A stretch of DNA of 60,552 nucleotides, taken from positions 1-60,552 of the IMG/VR virus record IMGVR_UViG_3300048548_000571; one strand, given 5' to 3'. This document shows positions 39,269 through 48,919 of the stretch, one piece after another (the stretch's first letter is position 1; each line of letters starts with the position of its first letter). The DNA is from a virus (lineage: Duplodnaviria; Caudoviricetes). The notes under the pieces were generated by a model. That model had not been told where the DNA came from and searched no databases. It saw only the letters and a program-made list of their open reading frames with translations. The position numbers and the translations under genes were made by a program.

Positions 39269-41787
39269 TAACCCACCACACTGTTGAGATTATAATATGA
39301 ATGTAAACTATGGTCACGACCCTCGTCTATGGTGCCCTCACTAGTAGGTTGAGCACCCGTAGCCGCAGTCTTTCTGGGACTCGCTGGGTTATTTATCATT
39401 GCGATTGTCTGTCCCCTCTCGGAAGCAGACGGTCCCTGTAAGGAAGCAATCTCACGACTCACTGGTTGTAATGATGATGTCTTTTCTGGTGGAGTTGGAG
39501 ATAATGTTGCCTTTGGTTTCGGTCCTGGTCCTACAGTTTCTCTTATTTTATTAGTAAATTCCTCAAAAGTAATCGGATTACCATTTGGATCAAAATATTT
39601 ATCTACTGCTCTACCAATACCATCTCTACCACTCACGAAAGTTCCGATACCAGGAACTCTAACACGTTCTCTCGTTCCTTTATTAGTTCCAATTTTATCA
39701 ATTCTTCCCAAGGAAGGTCTCAAATCATCAGCAGTAATTTTATCATCGGACGGAGTATCTGGTACAACTGGCGGATCATCTGGTTGTCTAGGTGGTTTCT
39801 TCTCCCACACCCGACCCGCAATGAAGTCAGCAACAAATTGCTTGTAATTTTCTGGATCATTACCATCAGATGCTGGTGCATATGCATTCACAATAGCAGC
39901 GAACGCTTCATTAGGATCTTCAAATGCTTCCAAGTTCATGTAACCACTATGGTTCTTGTCCCATAGTCTGACGAACTCTTTGACGGCATCCTCTCTCGTT
40001 TCAAACTGCATGAAAGTTCCGTCTGTATTCCTCATATTGAATGGATTGTTTCCACGCTCACTCTTACCCCACCCTGTCTCCATTGCAGAGATAGCAGCAG
40101 CAACTTCAGGGTGCTTTGCACCAGCAGCCTTCGCCATCTCATAGATCTCACCAGCATACTCCTGCTGCTCTTCATTTGATGCCATTGGGTTCCCAGTAGC
40201 AGGTGCATTAGAAGCAGGACCAGAGTTAGGTGATCCTGATCTAGATCTATTGCCACCACCAAACAAGTTCTTTAAAGCATTTCCAAGACTAGCAAAGACT
40301 CCTTTCTTTTCATTAGAACCATCAGCACCACCGCCACCACGTCCTTCACTAGTTACCTTTCCACCCTTCGCCTTTGTTACCAGTGTTGATGGGAGACCGA
40401 ACGCTTGAGCAAGAGGTCTAGCAACTTGAGCAATTTGAGAAGATGCTTCTGCATTATCAACAGAACCTGCTAATTGTGTAGTAGCTGCAAGTGCTGCACC
40501 ACCTGGAACCATGAAGACTAACTTCATTGCATCCTGTAGTAGTTGCACCTGGCGATCAGTCTCTCCACCACCTAGCGAAGGTAACTGCATCGGTGTAAAT
40601 CCAACCTTACCTCCAAGAGATGACTGTGGTTTTTCAGTTCCTTGTTCATACTGTGGAGTAGAAATATTGTAATTGTTGTTGACAACAGGTGATTGAGGTT
40701 GGGGTGGTGCTTCTTGAGGAACAGGTCTCACCTTACCATCCATCGCACTTGCTTCACCTTGAGTGTAGTTATTGTCAAGTGGGATGACCATCTCATCACC
40801 ATGCAACTCTGCAAGGTAACCACTGTCAGGACCAGAGATAATACCACCAGTTTCTGCGCGTGGAACATCATCTTCTTCAGGATCCTCACCGTATTGAGGA
40901 GTATCAACACTCATGTCCTCACCAAGTCCCTCAAACTGATCGTCTAAAGACTCATCCCCTTTTGTTGTGAGATCATCAGCCGAGAAAGTGTCTGATACTT
41001 TTAGTTTGTCGTCCGCACGATTAATATCAGCAGCGCCTTGCTTCTTATCAGTCTCTGATTTTGCCAGAGCAGTTTGCTCATTGATAGCATCAGCAATTTT
41101 GTTTAACTTGTCTTCAATGCTATCTGTTCTTTGACTTAACTGATTAACAACATCAGTCTTGATTGCTTGTACACCAGTAGCAACGTCTTTAGTTTCTTTT
41201 ACATTGTTGTTGATAGACTGTGCCGTCTTCTCTAGTGACGCAGCAATCTTGTTTACAGCAGAAAGAATATCCTCTCTACTAACTCTCTGCTTGGAACCTG
41301 ATGCTGCCTCTGCAGTTTCTTCACCAGTGTTGGGAACCTTTTCTTCCTGTGGTTCTACATCTTCTGGTGGTCTCTTGGCACTAACAAAATTATAGTTATC
41401 AAACTGTTCACGAAATCTCTGTGTGGCATTCTTTGTTTTTACTGCCTTGCCGTCAGCGTCTCTGTTATCTACAAAGTTCCAGAACTGTGCCTTTGGATTC
41501 TTTAGCAGTTTGACACGATCAACTGCCTGCTTAATGTCCTGCTTCTTACCAGTGATGTAAGACCCACCGAACTTACTCTTCAGTGCTGACTTAAAAAAGT
41601 ATCCTTTCTCTACACCTAACTCTTCTAGACTATCATAGCCTGCTTTCTTTGCCTTCTCTTCTGCTACTTCTCTCTCTTGTCTAGCAAATTTTCTGGCAGC
41701 AAGAACTTTAGAGATCGCAGCACCCATGTGCCCTGGACCTTTATCGTAGTCAACTGTGCTAGAGAATCCCTCTGTAAATGCTGCCAT
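39268..41787 (-). CDS. Tape-measure-like protein with glucosaminidase (GH73-like) muralytic domain
   Basis: Coiled-coil N-terminus; GG..GPDSGY.AELHGDE.VIPL; AAAISAMETGWGKS..NNPFNM. Confidence 0.7.
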   Translation of the reverse strand: MAAFTEGFSSTVDYDKGPGHMGAAISKVLAARKFARQEREVAEEKAKKAGYDSLEELGVEKGYFFKSALKSKFGGSYITGKKQDIKQAVDRVKLLKNPKAQFWNFVDNRDADGKAVKTKNATQRFREQFDNYNFVSAKRPPEDVEPQEEKVPNTGEETAEAASGSKQRVSREDILSAVNKIAASLEKTAQSINNNVKETKDVATGVQAIKTDVVNQLSQRTDSIEDKLNKIADAINEQTALAKSETDKKQGAADINRADDKLKVSDTFSADDLTTKGDESLDDQFEGLGEDMSVDTPQYGEDPEEDDVPRAETGGIISGPDSGYLAELHGDEMVIPLDNNYTQGEASAMDGKVRPVPQEAPPQPQSPVVNNNYNISTPQYEQGTEKPQSSLGGKVGFTPMQLPSLGGGETDRQVQLLQDAMKLVFMVPGGAALAATTQLAGSVDNAEASSQIAQVARPLAQAFGLPSTLVTKAKGGKVTSEGRGGGGADGSNEKKGVFASLGNALKNLFGGGNRSRSGSPNSGPASNAPATGNPMASNEEQQEYAGEIYEMAKAAGAKHPEVAAAISAMETGWGKSERGNNPFNMRNTDGTFMQFETREDAVKEFVRLWDKNHSGYMNLEAFEDPNEAFAAIVNAYAPASDGNDPENYKQFVADFIAGRVWEKKPPRQPDDPPVVPDTPSDDKITADDLRPSLGRIDKIGTNKGTRERVRVPGIGTFVSGRDGIGRAVDKYFDPNGNPITFEEFTNKIRETVGPGPKPKATLSPTPPEKTSSLQPVSREIASLQGPSASERGQTIAMINNPASPRKTAATGAQPTSEGTIDEGRDHSLHSYYNLNSVVG

Positions 41788-41805
41788 TAGTTACTGCCCC
41801 CCTGA

Positions 41806-41813
41806 TATTTATG
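41806..41813 (-). promoter_or_regulatory. Late promoter
   Basis: CATAAATA 19 nt upstream of ATG 41787. Confidence 0.6.
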
Positions 41814-44800
41814 AGTACAGAGCAATGTTCTGTAGTGCCTTGCCGAAGCGAAGACCCCTGTGTGGAGAGGGAGGAGCAGTAGTGCTCCCAGACGCTGAAT
41901 GATGTAACTCTGGTTCCTTCGGTGGTGCCTGCATGATCAAGATGGTAGACATACCTTCTCCCTCCTCATCATACTCAAGAATTTCAGGAGCAAATCTTTT
42001 AGTAGCCTCAATCAAATCCTTGTTTGTATCAGAAGCATTGTATGCGTCAAGCATTTCTGACACTGGTTGGAAGGAATACACCAGGTTCTTCATAACTTTT
42101 TCAGGACCCTCTTCACCCACAACAATTTGTTCTTGTCCTTCTAGTCCAACATCTCCGCCATCTTTATATCCATCACCTTTATAACTTAAGTGGAAGATAG
42201 CAGTGTTCGTGCCCTTGATTAGCGCATTGATGCCTTCACCTTTGCCAGGAGTATTTCTTACATCATCCAACTGCACAGGAACTTTTGGAAACCCTGGCAT
42301 GTTAATGTCAACTGCATATGGTTTAGGACCAGAGTGGTTGTGTCTGTTAGCACCATGTCTAATCAATTCAGCTATCTCTTTGTCAGTCATGTCTTTGGTG
42401 AATGGTCTTGCATCGGATGTCTCTGGTTTCATACCCATAGAGACCATCTTCTTAACGACAGGTACGGTGTCTTTAATCAGACCAGACTGACTCTTATCTT
42501 GGTTCTCGAAGTGTGCATGCGACCACCCACCAACTTGCATGGCAGTAGAACCAGTCAAACCGAAGCGCAAATCATCGGTGTTACCAAATTCTAAATCAGA
42601 AAACTCACTTGGAAGTGCAGAACCATCACCATCATAATTTCCTCTACCACCAAAGAGATTGTTAATATTATTCCAGAGACCACTTATCATTCCAAGAGGT
42701 CCACCTGTTGTCGAAGGTTCTCTCTTCAAATCCTCTTGCTCTGCAACATTCAGACCCATGCCACCCAACATTGCATCCTCTTCATTAGTATCACCTACGT
42801 TGTTAATTGCATTAGCAATAGGTTCCATCGAACCTCCAATGTTTGGACGAGCTAATGATTTTGGTACATCAAATTCTTCTGTCAATTTAGAAGCAACTTG
42901 AGTGAACATAGGAGCAACTGACTGTGCCATTGGTCCCACCTCTCCCAAAAAGTTTTTGGATGCTGCAACTAATGCACCACCAATCGGAGACAATAGTTTG
43001 CTAGTATAATCATCAGGAATAATTGCTTCAGTTCCATGAAGCACAGCAGGTCCCGCTTTAGTAAGACCACCAACTTCTTTCTGCTGAACACCATCCACCA
43101 TCTTCTGATCTTCAGCGGTGAATTCTCTGCCAGCAATAGCATTGAAAATATCATACATCAATAGTCCAGTATCAGCAGCAATAGATACTGCTTCAGCAAC
43201 CGCTGGAACAACAGCACCAACACCACTAACTGCAGCAGGAGCAGTCACTGCAGTAACTACACCAGCAGTACCACCAGCAGCAGCAAGCCATGCTCCTACA
43301 GCGTCACCCCTGTTTGCTCTATCAACAGCATCAGCAGCACTGACAGCAGATCCAGCAACAGGAACCATCCTTCCACCAAACTTTGTCGTTGCTATTGCTA
43401 TTCTTTTAGCAACAGGAGAATTTTTTACAAAAGCAAGTCCTCTTTTACCATATCGTATAGCATCATCACCAAATCTCTGACCGAATCTCATCACGCCACT
43501 AGCAGCCCTCTGGACACCTTTGATAGCATCATCACCAAATTTTGTTAGGTTAGTTTTCCCCTTGTTAAGGAGATTGCCTGCTCTCTCCTTATTTCTGGAT
43601 ATGAATCCACCAACACGCTCTTTATTTCTAGCTACAACACCACCAAGGTTTTCCTTCTGCTTGTTTAAAAAGTTGCCAGCTCTATCCTTCTGACTGTTTA
43701 AGAAGTTACCTGCTCTAGCCTTCTGTCTATTTAAAAAGTTACCTGCTCTACGTTTTAGATTGCTTGGCGCAAACTTCATCCTCAAGAGACGAAGACGTGA
43801 CCTCAACCATTTAGGTGCAAACCTTTTCCACAAGAATTTAGCAAACCTCTTTAGGTAGTTGCTTAATCCACCGCCGCCACCACCTCCTCCGCCTTTGGGA
43901 GGACCATCATCTTTCTTGGTGCCAAAGGTGCTAGCTACATCTTCCTGCCCCGTCGCCATTGCTTTGTCAACAGCAGTCTGGCGTTCATCTATTTCTGCTT
44001 TCTTTGCTGCTGTCTGTGCTTCAAATGCACCAAGAATAGCATCAAACTTATCGTTCAGTCCAGAATGTGTCGTCTCAATACTATTCAGATTGCTGATGGT
44101 TGTTGCCATCGCATCAGAAATCATCAGGTTCTGTTTCTTCAGTTCATTATCAATACTATCAAGTTGTCCTTGAATTTTCTGAAGATTTTGAACAACTGTT
44201 TTTAAAATCCTGTTGTTAGTGACATTACCAGTCGCTTCTCTCTTTTTCTTCTCTGGTTTTTGATAGTCACTACCCAGAGACTTGTTCACTGCCTCTAGCA
44301 TGCCAGGTGGCAGTAGATCTACAATGTCAGATAGATCTGGTTGCTCCTGGTCTCTTTGCTGAACAACTTCTTGTACTGCTTGCTCAACTACCTCTACTGC
44401 AGGTTCTAGGTTCTCTTTTACCTCCTCTTCTGCATCCTTTACTATCTCCTCCGCCTCATCGTCTATCTTTTCTTCTACTTCATCTGCCTTTTCTTGCTTC
44501 TCTTCTACTTTAGGCAGTTTCTTCTCTTGAATTTCAGCAACTCTTGCTTTAGTTGCTTCCTCTTCAATTTTTCTGTCAACTTGTTCCCTAAATGGTTGCT
44601 CTAAATACTGATCAACCAACCAGGTTTGGAATTCTTTTAGCGCCTCATAATAATCTGTAAACCCAAGACCACTCTCATTAAATTGTGGATACCCTCGGGT
44701 ATCTTTCTGCATGTTTGCAATGACAGTATCAGCGTCAGCATCAGACAGTTTAACTGTTGATGTATAACTACCACCACCAGGTTTTGTCTTACCTGTGAGT

Positions 44801-44919
44801 TTCCAGTGTAATTCCTTCCAAGTGTTACTAGTGTGTGCTGTTCCACCAGGACGACCCTTCCCATACCACGGTTGGTCGGGGTCCATTACATGAAATGGTG
44901 GATCGATGTTAAAATTCAC
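41809..44919 (-). CDS. Tape-measure-like tail protein
   Basis: Coiled coil, 11-aa RAGNFLN repeats, Ala/Gly hydrophobic segment, LHGTEAIIP and VGEEGPE motifs. Confidence 0.68.
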   Translation of the reverse strand: MNFNIDPPFHVMDPDQPWYGKGRPGGTAHTSNTWKELHWKLTGKTKPGGGSYTSTVKLSDADADTVIANMQKDTRGYPQFNESGLGFTDYYEALKEFQTWLVDQYLEQPFREQVDRKIEEEATKARVAEIQEKKLPKVEEKQEKADEVEEKIDDEAEEIVKDAEEEVKENLEPAVEVVEQAVQEVVQQRDQEQPDLSDIVDLLPPGMLEAVNKSLGSDYQKPEKKKREATGNVTNNRILKTVVQNLQKIQGQLDSIDNELKKQNLMISDAMATTISNLNSIETTHSGLNDKFDAILGAFEAQTAAKKAEIDERQTAVDKAMATGQEDVASTFGTKKDDGPPKGGGGGGGGGLSNYLKRFAKFLWKRFAPKWLRSRLRLLRMKFAPSNLKRRAGNFLNRQKARAGNFLNSQKDRAGNFLNKQKENLGGVVARNKERVGGFISRNKERAGNLLNKGKTNLTKFGDDAIKGVQRAASGVMRFGQRFGDDAIRYGKRGLAFVKNSPVAKRIAIATTKFGGRMVPVAGSAVSAADAVDRANRGDAVGAWLAAAGGTAGVVTAVTAPAAVSGVGAVVPAVAEAVSIAADTGLLMYDIFNAIAGREFTAEDQKMVDGVQQKEVGGLTKAGPAVLHGTEAIIPDDYTSKLLSPIGGALVAASKNFLGEVGPMAQSVAPMFTQVASKLTEEFDVPKSLARPNIGGSMEPIANAINNVGDTNEEDAMLGGMGLNVAEQEDLKREPSTTGGPLGMISGLWNNINNLFGGRGNYDGDGSALPSEFSDLEFGNTDDLRFGLTGSTAMQVGGWSHAHFENQDKSQSGLIKDTVPVVKKMVSMGMKPETSDARPFTKDMTDKEIAELIRHGANRHNHSGPKPYAVDINMPGFPKVPVQLDDVRNTPGKGEGINALIKGTNTAIFHLSYKGDGYKDGGDVGLEGQEQIVVGEEGPEKVMKNLVYSFQPVSEMLDAYNASDTNKDLIEATKRFAPEILEYDEEGEGMSTILIMQAPPKEPELHHSASGSTTAPPSPHRGLRFGKALQNIALYS
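43560..43750 (-). repeat. 33-bp (11-aa) tandem coding repeats
   Basis: RAGNFLNRQKA/RAGNFLNSQKD/RAGNFLNKQKE/NLGGVVARNKE/RVGGFISRNKE/RAGNLLNKGK. Confidence 0.85.
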
Positions 44920-45086
44920 TAGTAACTACTCCGAGATGCCTCTTGTTTTTTCTTTTCCTCGTTGATGTGATTAATCAATAGGGATGTGTATACTTCACGC
45001 TCCCAAGGCATCATGTTTTCGATCTCTGTCAAGCTATATTTATGGTACTGCATGAAAGCAAAGTTAGTCTTGTAATAGCCCTCCAA
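44919..45086 (-). CDS. gp51: gp51-like baseplate hub assembly protein; missing from track; start uncertain, possibly reached by -1 frameshift from gp26
   Basis: LEGYYKTNFAFMQYHKYSLTEIENMMPWEREVYTSLLINHINEEKKKQEASRSSY; frame stays open up to 45110. Confidence 0.8.
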   Translation of the reverse strand: MEGYYKTNFAFMQYHKYSLTEIENMMPWEREVYTSLLINHINEEKKKQEASRSSY

Positions 45087-45103
45087 ACTATTATGGAAGA
45101 CCG

Positions 45104-45817
45104 CTATCCGAAAAAACTTTGTAATCCCTCAATCGTATACTCACATTCGTTACCTGTATTGGGATTAGTAACAGTAAATGTATGAGTAAGACGAGGCATT
45201 GACTCATAAAACTCTTGGATAGATTCAAACTGTTTGGTAGTCAGTGACTCAACGAACTCACGAAACTCTTTCTTGGTTGTCGTAGAAGAATCATACACCT
45301 CCTCACCATCAAACAGTTGATCGACATGATCAGCAATAAAGTTAAAGATCTCGTCAGTTTCAATACCTTTCTCTAAAAACTGCGACTGAATAAACCTATC
45401 CATACTAGGATAGTTCATGATAATACCAGTGGTATCCGTCAACATAATTTTGTTAGTGTGTCCCTCTGGTCTGAACACCTCAACATCATCGATGTTAATG
45501 TTTGCAGTTACAGGTGTGGTATTGTCATCATTACACGTAACTTTCATCTCAATCATCTCACCGACAGCAGCGGCACGGATCTTGAGAAATAGATACTCCA
45601 GATCAAAAGAAGGTAGTTGATCTACCTTAATCCTACTGATCACACATGCTTTAAGAACATTCTTGACAGCATTGATGATCTGTTTTTCATCTTCAGACTC
45701 TAATGCTACTAGTAATACTTTCTCTTCCTTTACTAGAAATGGTCTGTATTTAATAGTCTTTCCACTAGAAGGTAACTTCAGTTCATACTGTGGTACACCA
45801 AGTTTTGGTAATGCCAT
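45104..45817 (-). CDS. gp26: Baseplate hub subunit gp26-like
   Basis: LPSSGKTIKYRPFLVKEEK.LL, FDLEYLFLKIR...VGE, IEGLQSFF. Confidence 0.88.
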   Translation of the reverse strand: MALPKLGVPQYELKLPSSGKTIKYRPFLVKEEKVLLVALESEDEKQIINAVKNVLKACVISRIKVDQLPSFDLEYLFLKIRAAAVGEMIEMKVTCNDDNTTPVTANINIDDVEVFRPEGHTNKIMLTDTTGIIMNYPSMDRFIQSQFLEKGIETDEIFNFIADHVDQLFDGEEVYDSSTTTKKEFREFVESLTTKQFESIQEFYESMPRLTHTFTVTNPNTGNECEYTIEGLQSFFG

Positions 45818-45839
45818 GAATATTTGAGTTCAAATCGTA

Positions 45840-45850
45840 TATTTATTTAG
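45840..45850 (-). promoter_or_regulatory. Late promoter
   Basis: CTAAATAAATA upstream of gp26. Confidence 0.65.
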
Positions 45851-45855
45851 CGCGA

Positions 45856-45923
45856 CTTTTTGAGTCAATTTTTGGTGGGGAATTTTTTTCGGAATTCAGG
45901 TAACCGAAAGGTCAATTTCAGTT
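45856..45923. repeat. Intergenic A/T-tract element, copy 2
   Basis: Similar to 33581-33647. Confidence 0.75.
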
Positions 45924-46676
45924 CAACCCTAATGCATCACGAGCAGATTGTGCTGCCTGATCAATTGCTTTCCTGACACCAGAGTCAGATCCACCAATGT
46001 ATCCCTTCAGGTTGTTGTGTACAATAGTATGCTTGGCATAGTAGAAGTTGACAGTCACCTTTGTGATCTGCGAGGTGCCATAGGATAGAGGAACAGAATC
46101 AATAGAGTATGGATAGCAGTCCTCTAGAATATACATCATCGATGCTCTTTCATTCGGAGCACTAGGACCCTTTTCAGTCTTGGTAATCTTCAGTTGTGCC
46201 ATGTATTTGGATGGGAATTGCATCCTCACTTCACGTTCTCTTGCCAATGGGGATTCTTTCTTGAGATCTTTTAGTCTGACACCTTTCTTCTCTACAATTA
46301 CTTCCTTGCCAGAACCATTAAAGATATAGTTGGTCCAAGCATTAAAAAATTTGAGTGGAGTCATGTTAGCATCACACATCCATGTCAGTGACAAGTCACT
46401 AAAAAATCTAGCGTATGGATAGTGAACTTGATTCTCTCCCAAGTATCTGCCCTGCAACTGTCCAGTTGCTGCCTGTAAGTTTGGCAGTTGTGCCTCTTCA
46501 CACATGATGTGCAGAATTCCCTCATCTTTTTCATACTCTGGGAAGACAACAGCAAGTGCTGATTTCAAATCCGATGCTGACTCGGGGAAGGCAAAGTCTA
46601 CATCATAACCATTAGTCATAGACATGCCGCCGTAAGCAGACATCTCTACCAAAAAATTATGCAAGGATTTAGTCAT
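45918..46676 (-). CDS. Tail tube-fold protein (gp54/gp19-like)
   Basis: MCEEAQLP, FSDLSLTWMCD, FFNAW, YILEDCYP.SI....LSY, KVTVNF.Y. Confidence 0.75.
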   Translation of the reverse strand: MTKSLHNFLVEMSAYGGMSMTNGYDVDFAFPESASDLKSALAVVFPEYEKDEGILHIMCEEAQLPNLQAATGQLQGRYLGENQVHYPYARFFSDLSLTWMCDANMTPLKFFNAWTNYIFNGSGKEVIVEKKGVRLKDLKKESPLAREREVRMQFPSKYMAQLKITKTEKGPSAPNERASMMYILEDCYPYSIDSVPLSYGTSQITKVTVNFYYAKHTIVHNNLKGYIGGSDSGVRKAIDQAAQSARDALGLN

Positions 46677-46683
46677 CTAAATA
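46677..46683 (+). promoter_or_regulatory. Late promoter for the plus-strand gp4-gp2-gp48-gp53 operon
   Basis: CTAAATA 26 nt before the ATG. Confidence 0.65.
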
Positions 46684-46708
46684 GATACGGAAGGTGTGCG
46701 GAAACATT

Positions 46709-47170
46709 ATGCCTTACTCTGGAAAATATAAACCAGCCTACCCACGAAAGTACAAGGGCAATCCCACTAACATTATTTATCGCAGTTTGTGGGAGCGTAA
46801 GTTCATGGACTTCTGTGATCATAATGGAAACATCATTGAGTGGGGTAGCGAGGAAGTAATTATTCCTTATCGTTGTCCTACTGATGGCAGAGTACACAGA
46901 TACTATCCAGACTTTTATATCAAAGTCAGGGGTCGTGGTAATATAATTGCAAAGTATCTGGTCGAAGTGAAACCAAAGAAACAAACACAAAAACCGAATG
47001 AGAAACCAAAACGAAAGACAGCTGCTTGGAAGAGAGAAGTTCTAACTTACCTAAAGAATCGCGCCAAATGGGAAGCGGCGGAGGACTTCTGTGAGGACAG
47101 GCAGATGAAATTTATTATCCTCACCGAAGATCACCTAGGGATAAAACAAAATGGTAAGAAAAAAGGCTAA
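46709..47170 (+). CDS. gp4: Head completion nuclease
   Basis: YSGKYKP..P.KYKGNPTNIIYRSLWERKFM..CD, WGSEE..IPY, HRYYPDF, EVKP, N.AKW.AA. Confidence 0.92.
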   Translation: MPYSGKYKPAYPRKYKGNPTNIIYRSLWERKFMDFCDHNGNIIEWGSEEVIIPYRCPTDGRVHRYYPDFYIKVRGRGNIIAKYLVEVKPKKQTQKPNEKPKRKTAAWKREVLTYLKNRAKWEAAEDFCEDRQMKFIILTEDHLGIKQNGKKKG

Positions 47171-47816
47171 AGGATTCGGAACCAATAACTATACTACTAT
47201 CTTTGAGAAAGTTAGTGATGCTACAGGTGGAGACAAGAAGTCTCTTGGTTGGTACAAGGGTAAAGTAAAACAACTAGCCGCAACATACGAGGCAACACCA
47301 ACCAAACTAATACGACAAGAGAAAAGAGATGAGCGTGACCAGGTGCAGGATGAAAATCTACTGCGCTTGAAAGTAAGAGAGGGTCACCTATACTTCTTTG
47401 AATACAAAGCAAAGTCAAAGTGGTTGCCATACTATGATAAGTTTCCACTCGTCTATGTTATCAAGCAAGACCAGGAGGGATTCTATGGTGCCAACCTTCA
47501 CTACATCAAACCAAAGAGAAGAGTAAAGATCGTACAGAAACTAGAGAAAGGTTTGATTGACATGCCCATCACATTGGTGCATAAATATCTTTATAATCAC
47601 TGCGAAAGTAAGTTCCTAGATCTTGCCATAGATGAGTGGGAGACTTCTATCTTCCTACCTGTCGAAGACTTTATCATGACTAGAGGTACAGGCAAACTAC
47701 CATACGATAGAGAACTTGTGTGGGAAGAGACTGAATCCAAGTACAATGATCGTATCAAAGCACAACGAATCATCAAAGGTTATGGTAAACAATCAGACAA
47801 GGAGATGGTGACGTAA
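47151..47816 (+). CDS. gp2: DNA end protector protein
   Basis: GHLYFFEYKAK..LPYYDKFPLV, F.GANLHY. Confidence 0.85.
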   Translation: MVRKKAKGFGTNNYTTIFEKVSDATGGDKKSLGWYKGKVKQLAATYEATPTKLIRQEKRDERDQVQDENLLRLKVREGHLYFFEYKAKSKWLPYYDKFPLVYVIKQDQEGFYGANLHYIKPKRRVKIVQKLEKGLIDMPITLVHKYLYNHCESKFLDLAIDEWETSIFLPVEDFIMTRGTGKLPYDRELVWEETESKYNDRIKAQRIIKGYGKQSDKEMVT

Positions 47817-48919
47817 TGCCAAACTTCCGAGAGAATGCCGAGGAGCAGGCAGCACTGAATAAGAAACACGCAAAGACAAAACAAGGGAAACTTGAACAAG
47901 CTGCAGAAGACGCAAGGCAAGCAGGACTAGGAAAGGTAACTACTATAGGACCAGGAACCGCTGGTCCCTCAATTACTACATCCAGTCCTAATATACTGCA
48001 GTATCCATCCTATTCTCCGATGACAAAGGAGACTGATTATGTTTCATTCTCTTTCTTTGATTACACACCAGCGTTCAAAGGAGTGTCGAACAATAAAGGT
48101 GACTCCACATCCGAAGCGGCATCTCTAGGTGCTAGATACAAACAGTATTCTGGATCTATCACAGACATGACCAAGGCGAAAGGATACTCACCAATCGTCA
48201 TGTACATGCCACAAGATATTCAAGGACAGTATGGTGCCAACTGGGGTGGCGCTGGGTTCGGAGCGTTCTTCTCAACCATCGCGAGTGCAATGACAAATGT
48301 TGGTTCAGATGGAGATTTTGGTGCATCTCTCAAGACTGCTGGAGAAGACTTCAAAGGATTTATGAAGATAGCAGGGTACAAGGCTGCTGTTGCAGCAATG
48401 AACAAAGGACTGGGAACTAACGTTAGTGTAACCCAATTGATGCAAGGTGTTAGTGGCACAATCATAAACCCTAACATTGAACTGATGTATGAAGCTCCAG
48501 AAATGAGAGGGTTTCAATTAAGATTCAAGATGATGGCACGATCAGAAGATGAAGGTAATACTATTCGCTCCATCTACAATACATTTAAGAGAGCAATGCT
48601 TCCTACTTTTGGTGGTAGTGTTGGCAAATCTTCAGATGGAAAAGGCGGTGGACTGATAGGAGATCTAGGAAAAGCTGGGTCACTAATGACTGTACCTAAA
48701 ATTGTACAGGTTCAGTTCATGACTGGAGCTAACATGAATACATATGTACCCCAGTACAAACCATGTGCTATCACACAGGTTGATCTCACCCACACTGCAG
48801 ATGGTTCTTGGGCTGCATACACAGGTGGCATGCCAGTTGCTGTAGAGATGGCAGTAACATTTAAAGAAACCAAACTCATCTTCGCAGACGAAATCAAAGA
48901 CGGGGAGGCTACCTTCTAA
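47816..48919 (+). CDS. gp48: Baseplate tail tube cap
   Basis: MYMPQDI..YGANW, NPNIELMYEAPEMR.F.L.FKM, KPCAIT, P.AVEM..TFKET. Confidence 0.85.
   Translation: MPNFRENAEEQAALNKKHAKTKQGKLEQAAEDARQAGLGKVTTIGPGTAGPSITTSSPNILQYPSYSPMTKETDYVSFSFFDYTPAFKGVSNNKGDSTSEAASLGARYKQYSGSITDMTKAKGYSPIVMYMPQDIQGQYGANWGGAGFGAFFSTIASAMTNVGSDGDFGASLKTAGEDFKGFMKIAGYKAAVAAMNKGLGTNVSVTQLMQGVSGTIINPNIELMYEAPEMRGFQLRFKMMARSEDEGNTIRSIYNTFKRAMLPTFGGSVGKSSDGKGGGLIGDLGKAGSLMTVPKIVQVQFMTGANMNTYVPQYKPCAITQVDLTHTADGSWAAYTGGMPVAVEMAVTFKETKLIFADEIKDGEATF

Noticed and set aside
43560-43750. CRISPR-like 33-bp periodicity
   Set aside because: In-frame degenerate coding repeats without spacers
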